A stretch of 21,279 bases of DNA from an uncultured delta proteobacterium (GCA_963729715.1 CAVSPA010000008.1:1-21279), one strand, 5' to 3'; positions 8,672 through 18,280 are shown, counted from the stretch's first letter. Numbers and translations: made by a program. The notes: generated by a model from the letters alone, not told the origin.

Positions 8672-10117
8672 ATGGAAGAAAGAAGTAAAGATGATCGGAT
8701 GAAATCGCTGCTCAAGGAATCAAGAAGAAAGACCCTGCTCTATGAGAAGATCCTGGAAATCTCTGCGGACGGTTTTCTCATTGTCGACTCCAAAGGACAT
8801 ATTGTCGATATCAACAAGGCGTACTGCGCCTTCCTCGGCCGCAGGAAGAAAGATATCGTGGGAAAGTATGTCATGGATGTGATCAAGAATTCGAAATTGC
8901 CGGAAATAATGATCACGGGAGAGCAAGAGGTGAATGTGCTTCACCGTCTTGCCGAGGGCCAGACACCGGGCAATGAGAAATACGTTGCCGTCTCGAGAGC
9001 GGCGGTGAAGGACGGGGACGAGGTTATCGGAGCCGTGGGGCAGATATATTTTCGTAAAGAGACCATGGAGCTTGCCGGGAAACTCCGGAATATGGACTCG
9101 GAACTCAATTACTATAAGAGCGAACTCGAAAAGGTAGCGGGAGACAGATACAGTTTCGAGAATGTCATCGGCCAGAACAAGCAATTCCTCGAAGTCAAGA
9201 AGGTTGCCGAAAAAGCGGCGAAGAATGATTTTGCGGTTCTCATTTTCGGCGACACGGGCACCGGAGAAGAGGTATTTGCCAATGCCATCCATTATGCGAG
9301 TGCAAGGAGGAACAGGCCTTTAATCCGCGTCAATTGCGGCGCCATCCCTTCCGAACTGCTCGAGTCGGAGCTTTTCGGTTACGAGGAGGGGGCTTTTACC
9401 GGAGCGAAGAAGGGCGGTAAAAAAGGAAAATTCGAATTGGCGCACAGAGGCACGATCTTTCTAGATGAGATCGGAGATATGCCCCTTAATATGCAGGCCA
9501 AGCTGCTGCGCGTTTTGCAGGAGAAGGAATTCGAGAAGGTAGGGGGGAATAAGGCTATCTCCGCCGACGTTCGCGTGATTGCGGCAACCAATCAGGACCT
9601 GGAAAGCTTTGGCAGAAAGAAACTGCGGGACGACCTGTATTATCGTCTGAATGTCATACAATTGAAGATACCTACGCTGAAAGAGAGGACCGACGACGTC
9701 CGCCTGATTGCTGACAGTTTTCTTGACAGGCTCAATGGTGAGAAGGGAAACAGCATTATCATCTCACCGGAAGTTTATGCGGCCCTCGTACGCTATTCGT
9801 GGCCGGGGAATGTGCGGGAATTGCGGAATGTAATCGAAAGGGCCTATTGCCTTGTGGAAGGCAACATCATACTCCCGTCTCATCTGCCCGTTCATATTGT
9901 GACTAACACAAAGATTCCTGCAGCTGCCGCAAGAAAGAAAACGCTCGACAAAATCCTTGCAGAGATTGAGCGGGAAATCATCATCAATGCGCTCGCTAAG
10001 ACCAATCATAACTATAAAGTAACGGCCAAAGAGCTTGGCATTCACCGGAGTACTTTTTATAAGAAGATAGACAAGCTGAACATCAAGAGAAATTTCAGTC
10101 CTGCCATCAACATTTAG
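8672..10117 (+). CDS. Sigma54-dependent enhancer-binding protein (PAS + AAA+ + Fis HTH) with degenerate Walker A
   Basis: N-terminal PAS-like region. ESELFGYEEGAFTGA, FLDEIG, QAKLLRVLQE, DLYYRLNV, WPGNVRELRN and HTH TAKELGIHRSTFYKK. Walker A reads GDTGTGEE. GAGGT precedes ATG 8672. Confidence 0.93.
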   Translation: MEERSKDDRMKSLLKESRRKTLLYEKILEISADGFLIVDSKGHIVDINKAYCAFLGRRKKDIVGKYVMDVIKNSKLPEIMITGEQEVNVLHRLAEGQTPGNEKYVAVSRAAVKDGDEVIGAVGQIYFRKETMELAGKLRNMDSELNYYKSELEKVAGDRYSFENVIGQNKQFLEVKKVAEKAAKNDFAVLIFGDTGTGEEVFANAIHYASARRNRPLIRVNCGAIPSELLESELFGYEEGAFTGAKKGGKKGKFELAHRGTIFLDEIGDMPLNMQAKLLRVLQEKEFEKVGGNKAISADVRVIAATNQDLESFGRKKLRDDLYYRLNVIQLKIPTLKERTDDVRLIADSFLDRLNGEKGNSIIISPEVYAALVRYSWPGNVRELRNVIERAYCLVEGNIILPSHLPVHIVTNTKIPAAAARKKTLDKILAEIEREIIINALAKTNHNYKVTAKELGIHRSTFYKKIDKLNIKRNFSPAINI

Positions 10118-10140
10118 AAAGGCGAGGAATCAAACTTCTG

Positions 10141-10176
10141 TGTCTTGAAATTAAGACATGTCTTAAAATTGAGACA
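10141..10176. promoter_or_regulatory. Tandem pair of 18-bp palindromic activator boxes (TGTCT-N8-AGACA)
   Basis: TGTCTTGAAATTAAGACA immediately followed by TGTCTTAAAATTGAGACA. Confidence 0.75.
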
Positions 10177-10357
10177 TAAATTGCATGCATCGAAAATACC
10201 CGCCTCTTTTTCTTCAAATGTCCAACCTCGCACATAGGATATTTTTTACCTGTCATATCACATAGAACAGTCTTCCACTTTCCCACTTTGTGATGCCCAT
10301 GCATATTATGCTTGCGGAGATGGCATGCGTACCTGTGTGAACGCCGCGCAGTCAAAG

Positions 10358-10375
10358 TGTCTACAAAAGAAGACA
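10358..10375. promoter_or_regulatory. Third TGTCT-N8-AGACA box (putative upstream activator sequence)
   Basis: TGTCTACAAAAGAAGACA, about 200 bp upstream of the sigma54 promoter. Confidence 0.72.
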
Positions 10376-10566
10376 TAGACCGCCCCTAAGACCCCTTTCT
10401 GAGCGATTTCTTCCATCCGATAGCTTGAATATCCGCTTATTCAGGAATACTGAACGGAGAGTGCCCGCCCAAACGTCCACCCTGATAAACCCTGCAACAT
10501 CGTGTTCTTAAAGCGCCTCTTTTCTCAGACCACCTCTTTCTCAAACGAAACGACACGTAACTTTTT

Positions 10567-10582
10567 CTGGCACGCTAATTGC
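10567..10582 (+). promoter_or_regulatory. Sigma54 (-24/-12) promoter
   Basis: CTGGCACGCTAATTGC matches consensus YTGGCACG-N4-TTGC and lies downstream of a bEBP gene. Confidence 0.9.
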
Positions 10583-10707
10583 CGACAACCGGGGCAGAAC
10601 GGTGTGAGAAATTTCATGGGAGGCGCTGTTTCGCGAAAGCAGGATGCGCTTATCTGGAAAGAAGAACCATAATCAGGATCAGCCGAAAAATCACAGGAGG
10701 TTATTTT

Positions 10708-12045
10708 ATGGGTCTTGCAGAAGAATACAAAAAAAGATTGGCTACCCCTGAACAAGCCGTCAGGGTTGTGAAGTCGGGTGACTGGGTGGAATACGGTCAG
10801 TTTGCAACGCAGAACGTGCTCCTCGACAAGGCCTTGGCTGCTCGTAAAGACGAACTCAAGGATGTCAAAGTTCGTTCGACCACGCGCGTTGGGGCCATGC
10901 CGGAAGTCGTCAGGGTAGATCCGACAGCGGAGCACTTCAGATACAACAGCATGCATTACATGGGAGTCGACCGCCGTTCCCAGGAACTCGGCAATTGCTG
11001 GTATATCCCGATTCTTTATCACGAGGTACCGAGTTGGTATCGAAATTACATGGATCTGGATGTCGCCATGATCGCGACAACCACAATGGATGAGCACGGC
11101 TATTTCAATTTCGGTCCTTCCTGCTCTTTTTCCAGGGCGATTTGCGATAAGGCGAAGAAGATCGTTCTCGAAGTGAACCCGAATATCCCGCGCTGTCTCG
11201 GCGGGCGCGAGGAGTCCGTTCATATCTCCGAGGTCGACCATATCGTCGAAGCCGACTGGCCGTTCCCAGAGTTCCCATTTCCCGATCCCACCGAGCTGGA
11301 CAAAAAGATTGCAGCATTGATCGTCAACGAAATGGAGGACGGTGCCTGCCTTCAGATAGGACAGGGTGGTATGCCTATAGCCGTGGGATGGATGCTTGCC
11401 GAATCCGGCCTGCAGGACCTCGGCATTCACAGCGAAATGTTCTGCGATTGCATGCTGGGAATGATTGAATCAGGCAAAGTGACGAATGCCAAGAAAAGCA
11501 TAGATCAGCATAAGATCGTATACACATTTTCCCTCGGTGTAAAAAGGACTTATGATTTTCTCCACAACAATCCGATGTGCGCCATTTACCCGGTAAGTTA
11601 CACAAATGATCCCTGTATCGTTCGGCAGAATGACAGGGTCGTCTCCATTAATAATTGCATAGAGGTGGATCTCTTCGGCCAGGTGAGTTCAGAATCATCC
11701 GGGCCGAAACAGATAGCCGGAACGGGTGGCCAGGTCGATTTCGCCCTCGGCGCTTACCACTCAAAAGGAGGGAAGTCCTTTATCTGCTTTGGTTCGACAT
11801 ATAACAAGAAGGGTGCGCCTGCATCGCGCGTCGTTCCGATGCTTAAACCCGGTACGATCGTTACTACACCGCGTACCATTGTATCCTATCTTGTCACTGA
11901 ATATGGCGTCATCCATATGAAGGGGAAATCAACCTGGCAGCGCGCCGAGGCCATCATTTCCATAGCACATCCGGATTTCCGCGATGATCTTATAAAGGAA
12001 GCCGAGAAAATGGGGCTCTGGCGAAGGAGCAATAAGAAACAGTAA
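10708..12045 (+). CDS. Family I CoA-transferase (butyryl-CoA:acetate / 4-hydroxybutyrate CoA-transferase-like; acetyl-CoA hydrolase/transferase family)
   Basis: RBS AGGAGG before ATG 10708. [42 protein letters not shown] (catalytic Glu), [13 protein letters not shown] and IAHPDFR. Confidence 0.92.
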   Translation: MGLAEEYKKRLATPEQAVRVVKSGDWVEYGQFATQNVLLDKALAARKDELKDVKVRSTTRVGAMPEVVRVDPTAEHFRYNSMHYMGVDRRSQELGNCWYIPILYHEVPSWYRNYMDLDVAMIATTTMDEHGYFNFGPSCSFSRAICDKAKKIVLEVNPNIPRCLGGREESVHISEVDHIVEADWPFPEFPFPDPTELDKKIAALIVNEMEDGACLQIGQGGMPIAVGWMLAESGLQDLGIHSEMFCDCMLGMIESGKVTNAKKSIDQHKIVYTFSLGVKRTYDFLHNNPMCAIYPVSYTNDPCIVRQNDRVVSINNCIEVDLFGQVSSESSGPKQIAGTGGQVDFALGAYHSKGGKSFICFGSTYNKKGAPASRVVPMLKPGTIVTTPRTIVSYLVTEYGVIHMKGKSTWQRAEAIISIAHPDFRDDLIKEAEKMGLWRRSNKKQ

Positions 12046-12106
12046 ATGTGCAAAATTTGCACCATGCAACTCTTTTTTTATTTATCATTTAGAGGGGGGT
12101 TATAGG

Positions 12107-13291
12107 ATGGGCGTAATTTTTGGAGATGTTAAGGTCTTGGATTTTACCAATAATCTGGCGGGACCGGTTGCAACACTGATGCTGGCCACTTTCGGGGCAG
12201 AGGTCATCAAGATCGAACGGCCCGGAAAGGGTGATGATAGCCGCGGCTTCGGCTTGAGAATCGACGGGGTAAGCGTCTTTTATATGGCTCACAACCGGGG
12301 CAAAAAATCGCTCGCCTTAGATACGAAGAAACCCGAGGCGGTAGCCATCCTCCGCAAACTTGTATCCAAGGTAGATGTCGTCGTGGAGAGCTTCCGACCC
12401 GGAGTAATCGATAAAATGGGCTTTGGGTACGAGGAGCTGAAGAAAATTAATCCGAGCATTATCATGTGCTCTGTTTCAGCATTCGGGCAGACAGGTCCAT
12501 ACAGCCAGTGGCCCGGCTACGACATCATAGCACAGGGGGTCAGCGGGATCATGTCTGTGACAGGTGCTGGAGACGGGCCTCCCACGAAGGTGGGCCCTTC
12601 CATCGGCGACTACGTTACGGGTTTCAATGCCTTCGGGGCAATTGCGGCGGCTCTGTATTATCGCGCCAAATCAGGCAAAGGCCAGTACATAGACACCTGC
12701 CTTGTGGATTGTCTGATCGCTGCCAATGATTACGCTGATTACGCATTCAATGGGTTCGAGGTAAAGCGCACCGGAAATCACCACGGCCTCTTCGCTCCCT
12801 ACGGCGTGTACAATGGAAACGGCGGAAATATCATCATAGGGATATTGAATCAGAAACTCTGGAATACCTTGTGTGTCATCATGAACCATCCGGAGATGAT
12901 GGACAATCCGAAGTACGATGATCCGGGCAAGCGTAGGCAGGTCCTCCCGGAAATTATCGGGGCGATAGAACCCTGGCTGAAGAGTTTCCCCGATATCGAT
13001 GAGCCGTTCAGGATTCTGAAAGAAAAAGGCATCCCCTGCACCAAGGTTTACACCCTCCCGGATCTCCTGACCGATCCTCATATTCTCAGCCGCGAAATGG
13101 TTACGGACATGGATGTGCCCTATCTCTCATCAGGCAAAATGAAAACAAAAGGAATCCAGATCAAGTTTGCTGAAAATCCGGGAGTTCTCGGAAGTCCTCC
13201 CCAGGTGGGGGAACATCAGAAGGAGATTCTAAACATGATAGGTTACGGCGATAAGGAAATTCAGGCTTTGAAAGAAAAAGGAGTATTCTAA
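12107..13291 (+). CDS. Family III CoA-transferase (CaiB/BaiF)
   Basis: VLDF..LAGP, GAEVIKIERPGKGDDSR, NRGKKS, ESFRPG, AFGQTGPY, GYD and IGD (catalytic Asp position). Confidence 0.94.
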   Translation: MGVIFGDVKVLDFTNNLAGPVATLMLATFGAEVIKIERPGKGDDSRGFGLRIDGVSVFYMAHNRGKKSLALDTKKPEAVAILRKLVSKVDVVVESFRPGVIDKMGFGYEELKKINPSIIMCSVSAFGQTGPYSQWPGYDIIAQGVSGIMSVTGAGDGPPTKVGPSIGDYVTGFNAFGAIAAALYYRAKSGKGQYIDTCLVDCLIAANDYADYAFNGFEVKRTGNHHGLFAPYGVYNGNGGNIIIGILNQKLWNTLCVIMNHPEMMDNPKYDDPGKRRQVLPEIIGAIEPWLKSFPDIDEPFRILKEKGIPCTKVYTLPDLLTDPHILSREMVTDMDVPYLSSGKMKTKGIQIKFAENPGVLGSPPQVGEHQKEILNMIGYGDKEIQALKEKGVF

Positions 13292-13306
13292 AAGGAGGAG
13301 GAAGTT

Positions 13307-14719
13307 ATGGAAGCTATGCAAGTATTGGGTATCGTTATAAGCTTGTTTCTGCTGATGTTCATGGCGTATCGTGGATTTTCCGTGATCTTTTTTGCGCCTG
13401 TATTTGCTCTCATGGCCGCAGTCTTACAGGGGTTGCCGATCATGCCCTCGTACACGGAGCTCTTTATGGGCAAGGCTGTGGGTTTCATAAAATCTTTTTT
13501 CCCTGTGTTTATGCTCGGAGCGGTTTTTGGAAAGGTAATGGAGGATACTCTGCTGGCCAAAGGGATAGCTCATGCCATCATTACCAAATTAGGTCCGAGA
13601 CACGCCATATTGTCCGTAGTCTTAACGGGCGCCATTTTAACGTATGGCGGCGTAAATGTCTTTATAGTTATTTTCGCCGTCTATGGCCTTGCGGCATCAG
13701 TTTTTAAGGAAGCGAATATTCCCAAAAGATTGTTGCCCGGCGCATGTACTCTCGGCTTTTTTACGTTTACCATGGACGCGTTTCCAGGAACACCACAGAT
13801 CCAGAACATTATTCCTACGACCTTTTATGGAACGACGACCTTCGCCGCACCCATTGCCGGCTTGGTAGGCGGCACACTGATTTTTATCTGCGGTATGCTT
13901 TACCTCGAATGGCGAAGAAGAAAGGCGGCTGAAAAAGGAGAAGGTTACGGCGATCATACTTTGAATGAACCAATCGCCAGTGCTGATGAGAGAACATTGC
14001 CCAAATGGTATGTAGCTGTGTTGCCGTTGGTGTTTGTTCTCATTCTGAACTACGTTATGTCACGTGTGGTCACATGGGATCCAGGTGTGCTCGAGCAATT
14101 CACCGGCATGAAGCTTCCCTTGTTTACCCCTGCCGTAAAAAATGTTGTCGGAATCTGGGCGTTGATTATTGCCGTTACGGGCGGTATCATCCTGGCAGTG
14201 GCTCTGGGATATAAGAACTTGCCTAAGAAAGACGGCCTGCAGAAAGCTATCAATGTCGGCGCAATCGGATCACTTTTAGCTATCATGAATACGGCCTCGG
14301 AAGTCGGCTACGGCAATGTTATCGCCGCACTGCCCGGCTTCAAAACGATAGCCAGTGGCGTGATGGGCATACACATAGGTGGAACACCGCTTGTATCGGA
14401 AGCAATCGGTGTAACAACACTTGCCGGGATCACAGGTTCGGCATCCGGGGGCATGGCGATTGCACTCTCCCTCATGGCCAAAGACTGGCTCGCCTGGGCC
14501 AACTCTATAGGACTATCACCGGAAATACTCCACCGTGTTGCCTCGATGGCCTCGGGCGGGATGGACAGTTTGCCCCATAACGGCGCTGTCATTACACTGC
14601 TGGCGGTCTGTGGATTGACACACAGGCAGTCCTATGTGGATATCGGGGCGATCACCTTAATCAAGACGTCCATGGTCTTTGTGGTTATCGCTCTTTATCT
14701 TATCACGGGCATTTACTGA
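13307..14719 (+). CDS. GntP-family permease (YxjC-like carboxylate transporter)
   Basis: Highly hydrophobic. LTYGGVNVF, PGTPQIQN, AGITGSASGG and DSLPHNGAV. Confidence 0.85.
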   Translation: MEAMQVLGIVISLFLLMFMAYRGFSVIFFAPVFALMAAVLQGLPIMPSYTELFMGKAVGFIKSFFPVFMLGAVFGKVMEDTLLAKGIAHAIITKLGPRHAILSVVLTGAILTYGGVNVFIVIFAVYGLAASVFKEANIPKRLLPGACTLGFFTFTMDAFPGTPQIQNIIPTTFYGTTTFAAPIAGLVGGTLIFICGMLYLEWRRRKAAEKGEGYGDHTLNEPIASADERTLPKWYVAVLPLVFVLILNYVMSRVVTWDPGVLEQFTGMKLPLFTPAVKNVVGIWALIIAVTGGIILAVALGYKNLPKKDGLQKAINVGAIGSLLAIMNTASEVGYGNVIAALPGFKTIASGVMGIHIGGTPLVSEAIGVTTLAGITGSASGGMAIALSLMAKDWLAWANSIGLSPEILHRVASMASGGMDSLPHNGAVITLLAVCGLTHRQSYVDIGAITLIKTSMVFVVIALYLITGIY

Positions 14720-14861
14720 GATCCTGGAATAGGTGCAGTTAGGCCTTGTTGATCCTAGGGTGTTGCATCTTCATCGATGCCACCCCGGGATTACTATTTA
14801 GAAGTATTAAAACAAAAGTACTTCTTATTATCAGGAGTCTTTTCATTGGAGGAAGCCGATC

Positions 14862-15074
14862 ATGGAAGAGGTCAAATTTAAAGTCAAGAATATGGAGTGT
14901 AAATCCTGTGCGAGTGCGATTGAGAAGAAATTGAAATCTATGGCTGGAGTCAAAGCCATTGACATCGACCTTCGGAATAAGATAGTCAAAATACAGCATG
15001 ACAATCCCAATCTGTGCCAGGATGTTCTCACCTGCGCCGTGGAAGACATGGGCTACGAGGTGCAGGCAATATAG
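14862..15074 (+). CDS. Heavy-metal-associated (HMA) domain protein, CopZ-like chaperone
   Basis: 70 aa with MECKSC (MxCxxC) and C-terminal GY; RBS GGAGG. Confidence 0.85.
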   Translation: MEEVKFKVKNMECKSCASAIEKKLKSMAGVKAIDIDLRNKIVKIQHDNPNLCQDVLTCAVEDMGYEVQAI

Positions 15075-15148
15075 ATTGGTCTGAAGCGCGTTAGAGAACT
15101 GCACTCGCCGAGCCAGCACACTATGCATGTCAGAACAGGAACGAATAG

Positions 15149-15514
15149 GTGAAGAAGAAGTTTGGCCCGACAGCTATAGCTATGCTCCTGCTCCTGGGGC
15201 TACGGTTCTTCGGCCAGATCGAATCGCTCATAACTTCCTTTAATCCCGGCCCGCTTGTCATGTTCTGTATCTATTTGGCGGCGATTATCGGCATATACAA
15301 AAGGAAGCCATGGGGCGATATTGTTTGCGCCGTCATCGGCGTTACGGATATTGCAACTACGCTCATTTACACGGAGGGGGCAAGCAGGGTCGGCGCGGTC
15401 GTCGTCGACTCGTTGATGATCTATCTCGCCTTCGAGGATTACAAAAATATTAAGGCGAGCAAGAAATCCGGATACGTAAATGCCGGAGAAAAACCATCCA
15501 GTGATCAGCAATAA
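15149..15514 (+). CDS. Small hypothetical membrane protein (3-4 TM)
   Basis: 121-aa co-oriented ORF with GTG start and several hydrophobic stretches. Confidence 0.65.
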   Translation: MKKKFGPTAIAMLLLLGLRFFGQIESLITSFNPGPLVMFCIYLAAIIGIYKRKPWGDIVCAVIGVTDIATTLIYTEGASRVGAVVVDSLMIYLAFEDYKNIKASKKSGYVNAGEKPSSDQQ

Positions 15515-15599
15515 CCGTGAGTGACGGCTTCTATCGATCCGGGAGGGGGGTGCGTCTCAGTACTGTTCGATTTTTCAGCGGCGAAGGAGGATGGATAAG

Positions 15600-16442
15600 A
15601 TGGCTTTGAATCTGGATGCAATCGGCAAGAAGATAGGACCGATAACCAGGACCTATACTTGGCGGGACGTTATAATTTATGCCCTTGGCATTGGATCGGG
15701 GTTTGACGAGCTCAACTACGTCTATGAAAAAGACCTGAAAGTGATCCCCACCTTTTCGATTGCATCGATTGTGCAATTTTTTTTCGAGGCCTCTCACCTG
15801 GCAAACGTGAACCTGTCCGGTGTCCTTCATGGTGGACAGGAACTGATATTCCACCGCCCCATCCCCATATCGGGGACCCTGACCACCGAGGGCAGGATCA
15901 CCCGCTTTTATGACAAAAAGGAAAAGGGCGCCATCATTATCGGTGAAAGCAACACCTATCATTCCAACGGGGAGAAGCTCTTCACCGCAATTTTCAATAT
16001 CTTCAGCCGTCTCGACGGAGGCTTTGGCGGCGAGGACGCCCCCTTGCGGACAGCATCGATTCCGGACAGAAATGCTGATATGCTTGTGGAAGCCCTGCCT
16101 TCTCCTGATCAGCCTCTACTTTACCGCCTTTCCGGCGATGTCTTTGCGCTTCATGTCGATCCGGAGTTTGCCAGAAAAGCGGGCTTCGAAAAGCCCATCA
16201 TGCACGGCCTGTGCACGCTCGGTTATGCCTGCCGTGCCCTCATGGCTAACCTAGTTCCGGGAGTGCCGGAAATGGTCAGGCGATTAAATTGCCGTTTTAC
16301 ACGACCCCTCTATCCCGGCGATCAGATTGAAACCCTCATCTGGAAGACGGAGGAGGGGAAGGCTGTCTGGAGGACGAGAAATACTAAGACCGGGGAGACA
16401 GTCATCGACGGCGGCGAATTTGAGTACGGAGATATTCCCTAA
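15600..16442 (+). CDS. MaoC-family (R)-specific enoyl-CoA hydratase 2 (double hot-dog)
   Basis: YALGIG, PTF, LHGGQEL, hydratase-2 motif YRLSGDVFALHVDPEFA and PIMHGLCTLG. ATG 15600 is 9 nt from AAGGAGG. Confidence 0.9.
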   Translation: MALNLDAIGKKIGPITRTYTWRDVIIYALGIGSGFDELNYVYEKDLKVIPTFSIASIVQFFFEASHLANVNLSGVLHGGQELIFHRPIPISGTLTTEGRITRFYDKKEKGAIIIGESNTYHSNGEKLFTAIFNIFSRLDGGFGGEDAPLRTASIPDRNADMLVEALPSPDQPLLYRLSGDVFALHVDPEFARKAGFEKPIMHGLCTLGYACRALMANLVPGVPEMVRRLNCRFTRPLYPGDQIETLIWKTEEGKAVWRTRNTKTGETVIDGGEFEYGDIP

Positions 16443-16630
16443 AGCTGACAAGGAGGATCGGTCGAAGGAAGAAGATGCCGAAATAAGCAAGAATCATGAA
16501 TGCTCGGTATAAGTCAAGGAGGCAGAGGGTGACTGCAATGCGATTATAGAGGGCGGCTAAGTAAATTACCGTCGCCTATGAATGCGGCAACATCCAACAC
16601 TCTTAACGAATTCCAATTATGGAGGTAGAA

Positions 16631-17806
16631 ATGCGACGCGTTGCGGTGCTTGGTACCGGCCATACAAAGTTTATGTTTAATTCACCGAAATCGGAAGTTG
16701 AGATGCTGGCAGAAGCCTCGATGGATGCCATCGCCGAATCAAACCTGAAGTCCAGGGATATACAGGCGATCTTCTGCGGCAATGTCCTCGGTGATTTCTC
16801 CGAGGGGCAGGGCATGGTGCAATCATACCTGGCGGATGATATTGGATGCTTTCACATTCCGGCAAGCAGGTTTGAAGGCGCATGCGCTTCGGCGACAATG
16901 GCAATCAGGGATGCCTTCATGTGGGTTGCATCAGGCTTCTACGACATCGTGCTCGTGGGCGGAACAGAAAAGGCGACAGCGATGGGAACAGCGCTGGCAA
17001 CCAGGACATTCGCTATGTTCGGGGACAGTCGTTATGAATATCCCGCTGGTTTCACATTCCCCGGCGTCTTCGGTATGCTGGCCCACCTGTACTCGGACAG
17101 ATACAACGTGTCGTTAAAGAAACTCAAAGAACAAATGGCTCTGGTATCCGTCCAGTCTCATTATTATGGCAAGAACAATCCCCATGCGCAGTTTAAAAAG
17201 GATATCACTGTAGAACAGGTGCTGAAAGGCTTCATGGTGACCTCGCCACTGCAATTGCTGGATTGCTGTCCCTTCTCCGACGGGGCCGCTGCACTGGTTC
17301 TTGCTTCAGAGGATGTGGCAAAGAAACACGTTCCCAAACCGGTCTACGTTGTCGGGGTGGGACAGTCTTCCTCGGGAAAGATCAGTTCTCAGTACAAGTA
17401 TCTGCCTAGATTGCGAGCCAGAGAGATAGCTGTAAAGCAGGCATATGATATGGCCGGACTCGGTCCGGAGGACGTTGATGTTTGTGAGCTCCACGACTGT
17501 TTCAGCATTGCCAGTATCATTGCGGCGGAAAGCCTAGGCTTCGCGGAATTCGGAAAGGGCGGAGAGCTCTGGGAAAAAGGTGAGACCAAGATCGGGGGAA
17601 AAATTCCTATTAATATCTCCGGAGGCCTGAAATCCAAGGGGCATCCGATTGGCGCTACAGGGGCCTCGCAGGCCTGTGAAATTACCCACCAACTTAGAGG
17701 AGAATTGAGGGATCAGCAAAGGCAGCTGGAAGGGGCGAAGGTTGGTCTTGTGGATACACTCGGCGGGGACGGGACGATCATCAACCTTATCCTCAAGATT
17801 GACTGA
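16631..17806 (+). CDS. SCP2/archaeal-type thiolase-family protein (HDCF type)
   Basis: RFEGACASA, DCCPFSDGAAA, ELHDCFS, SGGLKSKGHPIGATG; RBS GGAGG. Confidence 0.92.
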   Translation: MRRVAVLGTGHTKFMFNSPKSEVEMLAEASMDAIAESNLKSRDIQAIFCGNVLGDFSEGQGMVQSYLADDIGCFHIPASRFEGACASATMAIRDAFMWVASGFYDIVLVGGTEKATAMGTALATRTFAMFGDSRYEYPAGFTFPGVFGMLAHLYSDRYNVSLKKLKEQMALVSVQSHYYGKNNPHAQFKKDITVEQVLKGFMVTSPLQLLDCCPFSDGAAALVLASEDVAKKHVPKPVYVVGVGQSSSGKISSQYKYLPRLRAREIAVKQAYDMAGLGPEDVDVCELHDCFSIASIIAAESLGFAEFGKGGELWEKGETKIGGKIPINISGGLKSKGHPIGATGASQACEITHQLRGELRDQQRQLEGAKVGLVDTLGGDGTIINLILKID

Positions 17807-17819
17807 AGGAGATCATTCT

Positions 17820-18236
17820 ATGGAATACAAACTCGATTTTAAGAAATACAGCGATGCCCTTACGAAAGACAGGTTGCTTGGACTGCGGTGTAATGAGTGT
17901 TCTAAATATACGTGTCCTCCCAAGATGACATGCCAGGAATGTGGGAGCGCTGATCTCGAAATCATTCAATTGAGCGGGAAGGGGGAGATTAGAACATTTA
18001 CGCAGACCTTTGTCGCACCCCAAGGGCGAGAATGCGAAGTCCCATACACCGTCGTTCTGGTTGAGCTGGAAGAGGGACCCTGGATTGCCGGAAATTTGAT
18101 CGATATTAATCCTGACGGAGTTAACATGAACCTGATCGGGAAAAAGGTGAAATTGGGACATAAGATATTTCCTGGAGATCAGTATTCTGCAGGTCCGGCG
18201 GCTCGGCCCGTTTTTAGTTTTGTGAAGGACAAATGA
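17820..18236 (+). CDS. DUF35 Zn-ribbon/OB-fold protein (thiolase partner)
   Basis: CNEC...PP...CQEC Zn ribbon, GKGEIRTFT, PYTVVLVELEEGP. RBS AAGGAG; directly after the thiolase. Confidence 0.92.
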   Translation: MEYKLDFKKYSDALTKDRLLGLRCNECSKYTCPPKMTCQECGSADLEIIQLSGKGEIRTFTQTFVAPQGRECEVPYTVVLVELEEGPWIAGNLIDINPDGVNMNLIGKKVKLGHKIFPGDQYSAGPAARPVFSFVKDK

Positions 18237-18280
18237 TATGAATTCAAGCGTGACGGAAAAGCGGCGACTCATCTAGGATG

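Noticed and set aside
10602..10619. GTGTGAGAAATTTCATGG as a Rex/CRP-like site
   Set aside because: The right half-site is too degenerate to support.
10579..10707. N-terminal extension of the family I CoA-transferase
   Set aside because: It starts inside the sigma54 promoter; a strong RBS and family similarity begin at 10708.
10525..11430. 301-aa minus-strand ORF (and the other long antisense ORFs such as 2457-3134 and 8720-9292)
   Set aside because: Antisense shadows of well-supported + strand genes with no motifs of their own.
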